A stretch of DNA of 63,987 bases, counting the filler, from Basidiobolus ranarum (lineage: Eukaryota): assembly GCA_040143965.1 (NCBI GenBank). It is 46 parts of 46 records of this genome, joined end to end, with 100 filler letters (N's around TTAATTAATTAA, not from the genome) between each part and the next. Parts side by side here need not be neighbours in the genome. Positions count along the whole stretch, not along the records: positions 1 to 1,299 come from JASJQH010012513.1; positions 1,400 to 2,698 come from JASJQH010012514.1; positions 2,799 to 4,097 come from JASJQH010012515.1; positions 4,198 to 5,495 come from JASJQH010012516.1; positions 5,596 to 6,893 come from JASJQH010012517.1; positions 6,994 to 8,290 come from JASJQH010012518.1; positions 8,391 to 9,687 come from JASJQH010012519.1; positions 9,788 to 11,084 come from JASJQH010012520.1; 38 more parts are not named here. One strand, given 5' to 3'. The notes beneath the pieces are model-generated. The model had not been told where the DNA came from, did no database searches, and saw only the letters and a list, made by a program, of their open reading frames with translations. Position numbers and translations under genes: made by a program. Of the stretch, positions 1 to 12,182 are shown in pieces. The stretch's first letter is position 1. Each line of letters starts with the position of its first letter.

Positions 1-1299
1 TCAAATGCAAAGACTGGAAGTATTGGATTTGTATATATTCAAGTGGAATTTTGAAAAGATTTCTGCCTGATAAGTATTGGCAACATTGGGAGTTGTTTGT
101 GGATATTGTTATTATATTTTTACAGCACCAACTCACAATGGTAGATCTTGGGCAGATCAAGTAACTATGCAAAGATTTTGTAATTGGATATGAAAAACTT
201 TATTGCAGGTCTAAAGAAGATAGACTGAATTTATGCCAGTATTCAATACACTCCCTGCTGCATCTTTACAATGCTTAGAGATTATAGGCCCTTGCTATAC
301 TTTCTAGGAGTTCTCAATGAAGTGCACCTGCGGTGAAATGATGCTTGGTGTGAAGTTGTCAATATTACTGTGTGCTAATCCGATTAATAATGTATCAGCT
401 AAATCTGTGATGGATGTAATGTAATGGGTTACGGAGACTCCAGGGTATACTAATCTGCCAACAAAGGGCTTTTTTCAATGTGCTCACAGGTTCTTGCATT
501 GTTTGAGCACAATAACAGCAACAAAGCCCAGTCCATGGGCACAGAGTAAGTACCTCTATAATTGGACTAATTTGCTTGTGTGATAATCTGACAATCTTTT
601 TAGGAAAGCTGCAAGACAGACTTCTTGGTGAGATAGAGCAAGATATGCAGAATTATTGTTTTAGCCATGGGATTATCTATTCAAGCATTGACACATCTAC
701 ATGTGGCAGGACAATTGCTGACTGCAAGTTGGGGATATATTGGCTGAATTCTTTATGGAAATTTGCCAAAATCCAAGAGCTTATTCTCATTGTGAATGGT
801 AACAAGAGTCAGCTATTTGCCAAGTGTCAGTGCTATTCAAAATTTCAGATGTTTAGCAATTTTTCCACCGTTAGTTTGCTGGTAAAGCATATTGATGTTG
901 TTGAGTTATGTCTAATCAGTCAAATATGTGCATATGTAGAGACTAAACACAACAAGATTCTTGTATTTTTTGATTCTCATTATGGCTGGAATACAAAGCC
1001 TAAAATATCTAAATAAAGGCATGCATATTAATTCGAATTCCTACAGCAGTAAACCCAGTAATTTGCCATTCAAAAATTATATTTTTGCAAAAATTGCCGG
1101 ATATTGAATAACACATGCCAAATTTGAGGATCAATACTTTAACATGTATGAATACCGTTAAGATACCATCAAGAAACTGCCGTCACATCATCAAAATCCC
1201 TGGCAGAATGCAAGCCAACAATATTGTGATGGTTCTCTGATGGTTTTGCTATTTCAAAGGGTGGATCCAATTCAAATCAAATTTTTTTATTTTTGTTAG
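1..1299 (+). mobile_element. CMC/En-Spm transposon: degenerate transposase C-terminal part plus terminus B
   Basis: Translates to KDWKYWICIYS..IHSLLH..GPCYTF*EFSMKCTCGEM (H-x3-H and W.FP.ER region of tnp2-type transposases); stop at 1016; contig ends in TTTTGTTAG (terminus B). Confidence 0.9.
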
Positions 1300-1399
1300 N
1301 NNNNNNNNNNNNNNNNNNNNNNNNNNNNNNNNNNNNNNNNNNNTTAATTAATTAANNNNNNNNNNNNNNNNNNNNNNNNNNNNNNNNNNNNNNNNNNNN
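1300..1399. other. Artificial contig spacer N44-TTAATTAATTAA-N44 (first of 45 identical spacers)
   Basis: The same 100-bp spacer recurs about every 1.39 kb; contig lengths fall monotonically from 1299 to 1287 bp; the linker has stops in all six frames. Confidence 0.99.
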
Positions 1400-1564
1400 C
1401 ACAAGTTTGAAAAAATCTATATATCTGAGAACTTCTAAGTTGGTAAAAATATTCTAAGTAAATTCCAATTGAGAATAATTGATAATATCTTAGTGAATTA
1501 TAAGATAACTTAGTACTAAGCTATATATGACTATATAGGTTTTTAGGCAATGCTAATTTCAACA
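1400..1564 (-). repeat. Copia LTR family B, 5' part
   Basis: Reverse complement starts TGTTGAAATTAGCATTGCC; matches copies at 14660-14942, 42833 and 59690. Confidence 0.8.
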
Positions 1565-1951
1565 CATTTGGCAAATAAAAAGTTCTTTGATTTCCACTCA
1601 CCATAATTAAATGCTTAATTTGTGCAAATATCTGTCAAGTGTTGACCCTGAACATTCCTTTGCCTACTCAAATAAATGTCCTATGCCAATATCTTAGGCT
1701 GATTTTAGAGCATACCACATCATGTACAAAAATGTTCCATGGAAAATTCCTAGAAAGTAAAACATGGTCCCACTCACTCTGAACATTGTGATAAATTGAG
1801 CAAAGCATGAGCTGATTATTAGCAGAGTATATACAATCCATCCTGGTGGAGCACAAACCATCCAAGCACCATCCCAATACTCATGGCATATATTCTGCAA
1901 GAGATTTTGATGGTGTAATTGTGGCCTCCTAACAATATTGTGATAATATTC
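1565..1951 (-). pseudogene. Second, divergent CMC transposase remnant
   Basis: Minus strand reads SAHALLNLSQCSE*VGPCFTF*EFSMEHFC, homologous to the main family at protein level but not obviously at DNA level. Confidence 0.6.
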
Positions 1952-2698
1952 CCCTAACAGAAAAAAATTGATAGGATCCAGATTGGATCCACCCTTCTAA
2001 ATTGCAAAACCATCAGAGAACCTTCACAAAATAGGTGGCTTGCATTCTGCCAGGGATTTTGATGGTGTGATGGTGGTTTCTTGATGGTACTTTGATGGTA
2101 TTCATACATGTTACAATATTGATCCTCATATTTGGCATGCATTATTAATTTCCAGCAATTTTTGCAAAATTATAGTTTTTGAATGGCAAATTACAGGGTT
2201 TACTGCTGTAGGAATTTGAATTAATAAGCATGCCTTTATTTATATATTTTTGGCTTTGTATACCAGCCATAGTGAGATTCAAAAAATACAAGAGTCTTGA
2301 CGTGTTGAGTCTCTACATATTCACATACTTGATTGTTCAGACATAACTCAACAACAACAATATCCTCTACTAGCAAACTAATGGTGGAAAAATTGCTAAA
2401 CATCTGAAATTTTGTATAGCACTGACACTTGGCAAATAGCTGACTCTTGTTACCATTCACAATGAGAATAAGCTCATGGATTTTGGCAAATTTCTGTAAA
2501 GAATTCAGTCAATATTTCCCCAACTTGCAGTCAACAAATGTCTAGCCATAAGTAGATGTGTCATTGCTTGAATAGATTACCCCATGGCTAAAACAATAAT
2601 ACTGCTTATCTCAATCTATCTCACCAAGAAGTCTGTCTTGCAGCTTTCCTAGAAATACCATCAGATTATTACACAAACAGGTTAGTCCAAATTATAGA
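1952..2698 (-). mobile_element. CMC terminus B plus transposase C-terminus
   Basis: CCCTAACAG at 1952; ORF 2236-2460 is homologous to 576-1016. Confidence 0.9.
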
Positions 2699-2798
2699 NN
2701 NNNNNNNNNNNNNNNNNNNNNNNNNNNNNNNNNNNNNNNNNNTTAATTAATTAANNNNNNNNNNNNNNNNNNNNNNNNNNNNNNNNNNNNNNNNNNNN

Positions 2799-3696
2799 CC
2801 AATACCTCCAGTCTTTGCATTTGAATAAATGCCTAGATGAGTGGATATTGATGGAAGTCCTGGTAAAATATGATGTCATCTTGCTGTTTTCAAGTATTTT
2901 CCCAATCAATTCACACTTTTATCCTGTCTCAAATGGGTCATTCATATAGAACTTTCCACTATATAGCTGAGTAAGCAGTGTTGGAATGTTGTTGAATAGT
3001 AAGTGCATAGTGCCTAGTGCCTAGTGGGAAGCTCTGGCTCCAGCTTATCCCCTTTAGCAATATAATCATAGGCTTGCCACTAGTACCAAATTTGATGGTA
3101 GACTGGCTATTTGGTGAATTGCTATCAGTGATCATACTGGAATCTGACCAGGCTCTTGATGGTAAAATCATGAAGTTTAGTGTTGTAATTGGATAGTAGT
3201 AATGTGTATGCCTGTTAGAATAAACTCCATTGATTTGACAAAATCTACAGCAAGATAGTACATTGTGCTCATGAAAGCCTCCAAGTTTACTGATGGCAGG
3301 AGTGTCACCAATACATACAATGATATTAGCTTTAATGAAATATTCACCCATCTGAACCCCATTAGATAACTATTCAAATTCTGCAATCAAAGACTCCAAG
3401 AAGCTATCTATGAGCACTTGTGATATAGGTCCAGATTTAATGGATAGTATCAAAATATTATGACTCTTATACCGTTCAGAAGGAGGAAGAGTTAAGTTGC
3501 TTAAAATTATTGGCCAGCAAGCCTTTCCAATGGTATATTTGTTTAGTGAGAAACCATAGAGAGCCAATGCAAATGCATGAACATATATGTTCTCAAAGAA
3601 ATCCTGACATTTCAGATTCTGGTAGTGATATCCATCAAGTATATCAGTAATTCCTTCAGCTGTACAGTGAGTACTTTGGTATTGAAGCAATTATCT
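2799..3696 (-). pseudogene. CMC transposase catalytic core
   Basis: Motifs CWPIILSNLTLPPSERYK, IDSFLE, GDTPAISKLGG, CCRFC and FPLGT. Confidence 0.9.
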
Positions 3697-4097
3697 CCAT
3701 AACAGAAATTTGAGGATTGTTATCATAGGAAAACTGTCACAATTTTAATCCATTTGGGATTGACCATTTACTCACCATCATAAAATCATCGGTTGGATTT
3801 GATTTTAATCAATTTTTTCAGTCTCGGGAGTGAAATTTCAAGATTTCACAAAATAGTTGTGCATAATTGGCTAAAATCTCAGAGAACTATGGATCAACAC
3901 ATGTGCAAAAAATGTAACTCAAATTTTACACAATTGCCACTTGAATGCTAATTTGTCACCTTCAAAATCCCTAGTCTCTTTGATATATTCTCCTGAATTT
4001 TTTTATAGAGTTCTTGATACCTGAGGTTTAGCTCATACTCAACACAAGTTTGTATCAATATCTCCATCAAAGCCCACCATTTTATTAATGTTGCTGA
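3697..4097 (-). mobile_element. CMC terminus A plus ORF2 3' end, abutting transposase of the same family
   Basis: CCATAACAGAAATTTGAGG at 3697 followed by the reverse complement of the ORF2 C-terminus. Confidence 0.85.
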
Positions 4098-4197
4098 NNN
4101 NNNNNNNNNNNNNNNNNNNNNNNNNNNNNNNNNNNNNNNNNTTAATTAATTAANNNNNNNNNNNNNNNNNNNNNNNNNNNNNNNNNNNNNNNNNNNN

Positions 4198-4271
4198 GCA
4201 GAGTGCTAAATAATTAGAATATGAATAAACTAACTAGAAAATAATGAGTTGCTATTTATCTAATTTCAACA
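4198..4271 (-). repeat. Copia LTR family D, 5' part
   Basis: Reverse complement starts TGTTGAAATTAGATAAATAGCAAC; matches 21233 and 39839. Confidence 0.75.
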
Positions 4272-4408
4272 ATAACTGAAAATATCTTGTAAATCCCCTG
4301 ATTACTCATCTATGACACCATCTCCAAATCAGCTGATGATGTTGATGGGCTATATCTAAAATATCACCCTTATGTAGGAGATGTTCTTTTTTCTACAATA
4401 TCCTTCTC

Positions 4409-5325
4409 ATGCCACAACACAAACTTTTAAAGAAGCTCTGCAGTTATTGTCACAAATTCTTGTACTATGAAAGCTGGAGGATTCTTAGAAAAAGTGTATC
4501 ACAAGCATGGCCACTGTACAAGCCACCAGTGGCACATAGCCCAGGGAATTTAAACCGTAATAAGTTCACAATGTCAACTTTAGTTTTGCCTACTGAGTCC
4601 ACTGACTGTACTTTGCCTGAAAGTTTTGGTGACACCGCCAAAAGTCAAGATATCATGGAGTTACCACAGTTATATGATCAGAATGATGTAGATAGAAATG
4701 TAACTTGGGTCAAACCAGTAATTCCAGACAACTCTGAGGACATGCAGCTAGATATTGACCCTGGTTAATCCAGTACTGATTTTAGAATATCAGAAGTTGA
4801 AGAAGAAGCTGATGGTTTTGTTATGGACTCTTTGTTATTGGCAAGCATTAGTCCACTCATTACACTTATAGTTAAGGAAGCAGCTATGATTATTGAGGAG
4901 TGGAAAGTTCAATCCAATCTTAGCAACCAGGTGTTTATTGGTTATCTTACACTTTTACCCCAGTTGATTGGCAACTGTTGCTTGCCATAGACCTGGTACA
5001 AGTGGAAAACACTTATCAATTGTTTGACTTATAATCAATCAGTAATTAAACTACCTTCATGTTCAAAGGTTATTTGGCCCACCAGTTATGTGAAAAACCT
5101 GAAGTCATATACTGTTTGCACTCAGTTGGCAATCACTGGATCAGGTAAATATTGTTCATATTTGGCTTACATATAGTTAATTCCCCATCTTAAAGTTTTG
5201 ATGAAATCACCCAAATGTAGATCATTGAACCAATAGCAAAATACTCATCACAAAGCTGATGGTATTACTGATACACTTGATGGATATCACTACCAGAAAC
5301 TGAAAAGTCAAGGTTTCTTTGAGAT
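4409..5325 (+). pseudogene. CMC transposase N-terminal third
   Basis: MPQHKLLKKLCSYCHK... continues through in-frame stops to DGITDTLDGYHYQKLKSQGFF, which overlaps the core seen in other contigs. Confidence 0.8.
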
Positions 5326-5595
5326 CATGTTGTTGAAAGTCTGGTGACTTGTGATACAAGCAGTAATTCCCAAAGAGGAAAATATGGAGTAAGGTGACTG
5401 CATCTGAACACAAAGTCTTAGGCCAATCAGTTGCTTGTATAGCTGAAATGCCATAGTACCATACATTGACAGACTAGGTTAAGGTTCCCAAGCAANNNNN
5501 NNNNNNNNNNNNNNNNNNNNNNNNNNNNNNNNNNNNNNNTTAATTAATTAANNNNNNNNNNNNNNNNNNNNNNNNNNNNNNNNNNNNNNNNNNNN

Positions 5596-6893
5596 ATTGG
5601 ATTTGTATATATTCAAGTGGAATTTTGAAAAGATTTCTGCCTGATAAGTATTGGCAACATTGGGAGTTGTTTGTCAATGTTGTTAATATATTCTTATGGC
5701 ATCAACTCACATTGGCAGATTGCATGCAGATCCAGCAACTGTGCAAAGATTTTGTAATTGGATAACTAATGGTGGAAAAATTGCTAAACATCTGAAATTT
5801 TGAATAGCACTGACACTTGGCAAATAGCAGACTCTTGTTACCAGTCAGAATGAGAATCCCTAACAGAAATTTGAGGATGATTATTGTAGGAAAACTGTCA
5901 CAATTTTAATCCATTTGGGTTTGACTGTTTACTAACCATCATAAAATTGTCAAGTTTGATTTAATTTCAAACAATTTTTTCAGTTTCAGGTGTAAATATC
6001 AAGATCTTGCAAAATAGTTGCAAATAATTTGCTACAATCTCAGAGAACTATTGATCAACACATGTGCAAAAAATGTAACCCAAACTTTACACATTTAATA
6101 ATTAATTGCTAATTTGTTACCTTGAAAATTCCCGGTTTCTTTGATATATTCTCCCAATTATTTTTATAGAGTTCTTCATACCCTAGCTCATATCCAACAC
6201 AAGTCTGTATCAATGTCTCCATCAAAGCCCACCATTGTATTATTGTTGCTCAATCAACATTCTTCCAGCTATCTGACAGATACCCTGCAATATTGTGCCT
6301 CTCTGTATAAAGTTTTCCCAGATATCTGCATGGTCAGCACCAGACTGAATGTCAAGTTGAATGTTCTTCTGGTGAAGCCACTTTCTGCATACTTGCACTG
6401 CTTTTTTCCCTTCTTACTTTTGAAAATAGTCCTTAAGCACTTTGACTATTTTCATACATTCTTGGAGTATGACACTACTGAGTGTGCTTTGTGGTGTTTG
6501 GGTGGCTTTTTGCTTGCCTTTAACTTTGGGGCTAATTGCAACACTTTGAAAAGTAACACTTGAAGTTGGAGAGCCGTGAGTTTTATTTGCTGGTGTTTTG
6601 GCTTGTTGAGAGGTGCCAGGTGTTGGATAAACTTCCAAATGTTGCACTCTTCCAACTGGTGTACCTGGTTCCGTGATGAGATTAAGCTTTTTTGCCAGTA
6701 TATCTCATGCTGGAAATGAAGATCTTCATAATCCTTTGTTTTATGTGATGCTGCCATTTATTCTGCTTCAGTTGTTGAAAGTCCCTAACAGAAATTTGAG
6801 GATTGTTATCATAGGAAAACCGTCACAATTTTAATCCATTTGGGATTGACCGTTTACTTACCGTCATAAAATTGTCAAGTTAGATTTGATTTT
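5596..6893. mobile_element. Nested CMC fragments: transposase pieces (5596-5857), terminus A plus ORF2 (5858-6735), copia RNase H sliver, second terminus A (6783)
   Basis: CCCTAACAGAAATTTGAGG at 5858 and 6783; LSTTEAE*MAASH on the minus strand near 6740-6782. Confidence 0.85.
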
Positions 6894-6993
6894 NNNNNNN
6901 NNNNNNNNNNNNNNNNNNNNNNNNNNNNNNNNNNNNNTTAATTAATTAANNNNNNNNNNNNNNNNNNNNNNNNNNNNNNNNNNNNNNNNNNNN

Positions 6994-8290
6994 CTCCAAA
7001 ATAGCAATACCATCAGAGAACCATCACAATATTGGTGGCTTGCATTCTGCCAGGGATTTTGATGGTGTGACAGCAGTTTCCTGATGGCATTTTGAAGATA
7101 TTCATACATGTCAAAATATTGATCCTCAAATTTGGCATGTGTTATTCAATATCCAGCAATTTTGCAAAAATATATTTTTTGAATGGCATATTATTGGGTT
7201 TACTGCTGTGGGAATTTGAATTAATATGCATGCCTTTATTTAGATACTTTAGGCTTTGTATTCCAGCCATAATGAGAATCAAAAATACAAGAATCTTGTT
7301 TTGTTTTTGTCTGAATATATACACATTCATGACTGATCAGATATTACTCAACAACATCAATATGCTTTGCCAACAAACTAATGGTAGAAAAATTGCTAAA
7401 CATCTGAAATTTCAATAGCACTGACACTGGATACTAAGTCTTTGCACAGTCATTGTATCTATCTGAGATCTGCCAATCAGAGTTGATGCCGTAAGAATAT
7501 ATTAACAACATCCACAAACAACTCCCAATGTTGCCAATACTTATCAGGCAGAAATCTTTTCAAGATTACACTTGTATATTTACAAATCCAATACTTCCAG
7601 TCTTTGCATTTGAATACACACCTAGAAGAGTGGATATCGATGGGAGTCCTGGTAGAATATGATGGTATCTTGACGTTTTCAAGCATTTTCCCAATCAATT
7701 CAAACTTTGATCCTATCTCAAATTGCTCATTCATATTCAATTTTCCACCATACAGCTGAGTAAGTAGTATTCGAATGTTGCTGAATAGTAAGTGCATAGT
7801 ACCTAATGGGAAACTCTGGGTCCAGCTGATCCTCTTTAGCAATATAATCTTTGGCTTATGGCTAATACCAAGTTTGATGTTAGACTGACTAATTGGTGAA
7901 TTGATATCAGTGATCATATTGAAATCTGACCAGGCTCTCAATGGTGAAATCATGAAGTTTAGTGTTGTATTTGAATAGTAGAAATGCATATATCTGTTAG
8001 AGTAAACTCCATTGATTTGACAAAATCTACAGCAAGATAGTGCATTGTGCCCATAAAAACCTCCAAGCTTACTGAAGGCAGGAGTGTCACCATTACATAC
8101 AATGATATTGGCTGTAATAAAATATTCACCCATCTCAACACCATTAGATAACCATGCAAATTCCACAATCAAAGGCTCTAAGAAGCTATCTATAAGCACT
8201 GGTGATTTAGGTCCAGATATGATGGATAGTATCAAAATATTATGATTCTTATACCATTCAGAAGGAGGAAAAATTAAGTTGATTAAAATT
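6994..8290 (-). pseudogene. CMC transposase core (252-aa open stretch) joined by an internal deletion to its 3' region
   Basis: ORF 7477-8235 has GPKSPVLIDSFLEPL, GDTPA, CCRFC and FPLGTMH; sequence jumps near 7428 to the C-terminus/trailer. Confidence 0.9.
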
Positions 8291-8392
8291 NNNNNNNNNN
8301 NNNNNNNNNNNNNNNNNNNNNNNNNNNNNNNNNNTTAATTAATTAANNNNNNNNNNNNNNNNNNNNNNNNNNNNNNNNNNNNNNNNNNNNGG

Positions 8393-8524
8393 AAAGGAGG
8401 TTGGAACGGTGGCGGTCAAGGTCCATGGAATGGTGGCGGCCCGGGTCCTTGGATTGGTGGACGTCAGGGTGGTTGGAATGGTGGTGGTTGGAATGGTGGT
8501 TGGAGCAGTGGGTACAATATGTAA
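8393..8524 (+). CDS. 3' end of a Gly/Trp/Asn-rich repeat protein (5'-truncated)
   Basis: Frame from the contig edge: KGGWNGGGQGPWNGGGPGPWIGGRQGGWNGGGWNGGWSSGYNM*; GGT-biased codons, CpG retained, AATAAA near 8669. Confidence 0.7.
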   Translation, partial: KGGWNGGGQGPWNGGGPGPWIGGRQGGWNGGGWNGGWSSGYNM

Positions 8525-9788
8525 AGCGGGAGTTATACTCTAAGTTCTCATTGGTAGTCGCAAGGGTCGTGAAAGTCATTGCGGTGGTGTTACTCTCTGG
8601 TTGAATCATTCTTATTAGTGAAATTATTTGAAAACTTCTGTTAGAACCTATTCATCTTTCTGATGTTCAATAAACACCAAGCACAAGAATTATCTTTGTT
8701 CTTTACATTTCAGGTGAATATAGTACTAGTTTTGGGCCGGAATCAAATACAACTTGTATATATGAACCAAATTCATTATGAACACCACTTTTACCTTTCA
8801 TTTGATAAACAATCTGTTTGTGAATGTGGGACATATGAAACAGCAGCCTTTCACCTTTTTGTGTCACTCACCAAGTATATAGTTGACATTATCAGCAATA
8901 ACCTGAAGTTACATATTGTTTTTTACATCATGAAGATAAATGCTTACCCGACTAAAAATAACTTGTCAATTCCTTACAGTTCAGATGATGAAAGTACTTG
9001 GTCAAAAATGGATTATGCATGTCAAGGGACAAAAAGAATGGAATATTCGTACTGGTCATATTATTATCAAAGATATGTGCAACATTAAAATCTACTCCCA
9101 ATAGAACTAAGTTTTCTACAGCTAATTTTTTGCACTTCCGCTAATTATCTCATTGTTTACTCCGAGTAATTGAAATCCTATACATTCCCCAGATATGGTG
9201 TTTTAACTCATTTGAAAATATACTTACTGCCAAAGGAATATACTTTCTATTGCCCTACCTTCTGAAGTGACTTACAGAAGCTCAGAACAGTGGACTTTAA
9301 GTATGCTATATGTATTTCGAGGTAGTAATACATTGCCTAAAAGTACCGGAGCTCTAGTGCTCAAACTATTGAGAAATATACTCAAGGCCCTTTGATATTG
9401 TTAACATACTTTCAATTGAAAGTAGATAGTGTACAATGCATTGTCTCTGCTAAACCACAGCTGAGAATATCTATGATATTCTGCTTGGTATATATTTTTG
9501 GCGGTAGGTGACCTCTAGCTATTTGAATAATAATATAACGTGTTGCCGATTGTGTACTCACGTGATATTGATCCACTCTGATGCCACTGCTTGGGATTGG
9601 TTAGATATTGTGATAATCATTCACCACTGTCAAGCCCAACTAACTAAGCTTTCTTCTCAATTCCTCAACAGCAGTATAGCATCCGGANNNNNNNNNNNNN
9701 NNNNNNNNNNNNNNNNNNNNNNNNNNNNNNNTTAATTAATTAANNNNNNNNNNNNNNNNNNNNNNNNNNNNNNNNNNNNNNNNNNNNT

Positions 9789-10230
9789 CATACACACAGT
9801 GGTGCTGATGTATCACTCTACATCAAAGATAGCTACTTTGCCATTCAAGCCATCAGATGGAGAATGAATACTTTCTGTCTGGGCTCTAAATGTCCAATAT
9901 GCCATCACCCCTTCTATTACACTCATGCTGAAAAATGCTTTGGATTTAAAGATACAGATGCTCTCTTTCAGTTTCACAAACAGAAGGCTTTGAAGCAAAG
10001 ATTGAGTGCTTTGATCTCTGCCATTAGGCCTGACCTACTCCCAGTCCACTCAAGTTGATGGACTCTTTGATTCACTAGCTCTGGTCCTATATATATTGCA
10101 AAACCTATTCTTTATACCTTCCTTTCCCTAGTAAGCTCTACTGGAATTTCAAATTTCTTCATTTTATGTTATGTTTGCCCTTGTTTGATTATCTTAAAGC
10201 ACACCATATATAGGTGATGGTTAATAAAGT
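9789..10230 (+). mobile_element. Probable non-LTR retrotransposon (LINE) ORF2 C-terminus with CCHC finger and 3' UTR
   Basis: HTHSGADVSLYIKDSYFAIQAIRWRMNTFCLGSKCPICHHPFYYTHAEKC (RWR..C-x2-C-x7-H-x3-C); stop at 10058; AATAAA near 10223. Confidence 0.55.
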
Positions 10231-10634
10231 TACTAAAAGCCTAAGTATAACTTGAAACCGCAATTACTGAATACTAACCAGCTTCAGCCAAGCCAAGCAT
10301 TAGTGGGTCACTCTTCCAAACAGATGACAAAGGATGCTCAATTGGTCTCTAATGCAAGTCAATTTGAACAAGCACATATTGTTGAAAAGACACTGTACCA
10401 GACTCAGCCACAACTCTTGCAACCAGAGTACAATATTCCCCAACAAGAGGATGTAAGAAAGCCAATTGGACAAAGGAAACTTGGTTGCTAGAGCTGCAAG
10501 CGGCAATTTGTTTGTAGATACTGAATGTAAATAGAAGAATAAACAAAGAATATACAGGAAATAGTTAGATGAGTATCTTGATACATAAGTCGTTTCCTAC
10601 TATATACAAATTAACAATGTAAGGATAGGGTTAG

Positions 10635-11022
10635 TGTAACCGACCGATATGTTAAATTGATACCGGATCTGCCTAGATATTTGCCAGACATTTGCCTAGA
10701 TATTTGTCTTGAACAACCGGGACTTTTTAATCAAAAAAATACTAATTTAGGTTGAGCTTAGGTTGCGCCTGTGAGACCCACATACTTGAGTTACTTTCAG
10801 GTCCAGACTAATCACATTAAACTACTGTGATATGTAAAAACAATGTAATTGTTCAAAACCGGTCTAGCTATGATTATTTTATTATGGAGTACTTCAGAGT
10901 ATGCCTATGTTTAGTAATTTCCTAATGTATATTTTGTGCCTGCTAAACCTTGTCTTCCATGTAGTTGATCAGAGATCTTTTCTAGATATTCCGATAGAAC
11001 ATATATCTGGTTTTGGGTTACA
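10635..11022. repeat. Candidate LTR with TGTAACC...GGTTACA termini
   Basis: 7-bp inverted TG...CA termini 388 bp apart; no second copy in the window and no TSD. Confidence 0.35.
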
Positions 11023-11184
11023 TGGCAGTGGGAGAAAAACTCTATTTCTAGTCTGGAGTTAACCCCAAAATAGAAAGGAATTATNNNNNNNNNNNNNNNN
11101 NNNNNNNNNNNNNNNNNNNNNNNNNNNNTTAATTAATTAANNNNNNNNNNNNNNNNNNNNNNNNNNNNNNNNNNNNNNNNNNNN

Positions 11185-12182
11185 TAGGAGTTCCCAATGG
11201 AGCACACCTGCAGTGAAATGATGCTCTATGTGAAATTGTCAGTATTACCATATACTAATCTGATTAACAATGTATCAGCAAAATCAGTGATAGATGTAAT
11301 GCCATAGGTTAAGGAGACTCCAGAGTATATTAACCTTCCAACAAAGGGCTCTTTTCAATGTGCTCAGGTGCTTTTGAATTGTTTAAGCACAATAACAGCA
11401 ACAAAGCCCAATCCATGGACACAGAGTTAGTATCTCTATAACTTGGACTAAGTTGTTTGTGTAATAATCTGGCAGTATTTCTAGGAAAGCTGCAAGACAG
11501 ACTTCTTGGTGAGATAGATCAAGATATGCAGTATTGTTGTTTTAGCCATGGGGTAATCTATTTGAGTAATGACACATCTACTTGTGGCAGGACATTTGTT
11601 GACTGCAAGTTGGGAATATATTGGTTAAATTTTTTATGGAAACTTGCCAAAATCCTAGGGCTTATTCTCATTGTGAACAGTTACAAGAGTCAGCTATTTG
11701 CCAAGTGTCTGTGCTATTCAAAATTTCAGATGTTTAGCAATTTTTCCACTGTTAGTTTGCTTGTAAAGCATATTGATGTTGTTGAGTTAGGTCTGATCAG
11801 TCAAGTATGTGCATATGTAGAGACTAAACGCAACAAGATTCTTGTGTTTTTTAATTCTCATTATGGCTGGAATGCAAAGCCAAAAATATCTAAATAAAGG
11901 CATGCATATTTATTTTAATTCCTACAGCAGTAAACCCAGTAATTTGCCATTTGAAAATTATATTTTTGCAAAAATTGCCAGAAATTAATAATACAAGCCA
12001 AATATGGGGATCAATATTTTAACATGTATGAATACTGTCAAAATACCATCAAGCAACTGCCATCACACCATCAAAATCCCTGGCTGAATGCAAGCCACCA
12101 ATATTTTGACGGTTCTCTGACAGTTTTGCAATTTAGAAGGGTGGATCTGATCCAGATCAAATTGATTTTATTTTTGTTAGGG
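11185..12182 (+). mobile_element. CMC transposase C-terminus plus terminus B
   Basis: EFPMEHTCSEM; ORF 11457-11897; ends TTTTTGTTAGGG at 12182. Confidence 0.9.

Noticed and set aside
1344-1355. Regularly spaced TTAATTAATTAA palindrome as a CRISPR-like or biological repeat
   Set aside because: It is always centred in a 100-bp N spacer between size-sorted contigs; it is an assembly linker.
6141-6563. Hydrophobic ORFs such as 6141-6563, 7092-7418, 46858-47295 and 52571-52849 as membrane proteins
   Set aside because: They are antisense shadows of TE ORFs or TE trailers.
8343-8609. His-rich minus ORF and Trp-rich plus ORF (8401-8604) from the ORF track
   Set aside because: Both are alternative frames of the Gly-rich repeat; the 8393-8524 frame has more natural composition and codon use.
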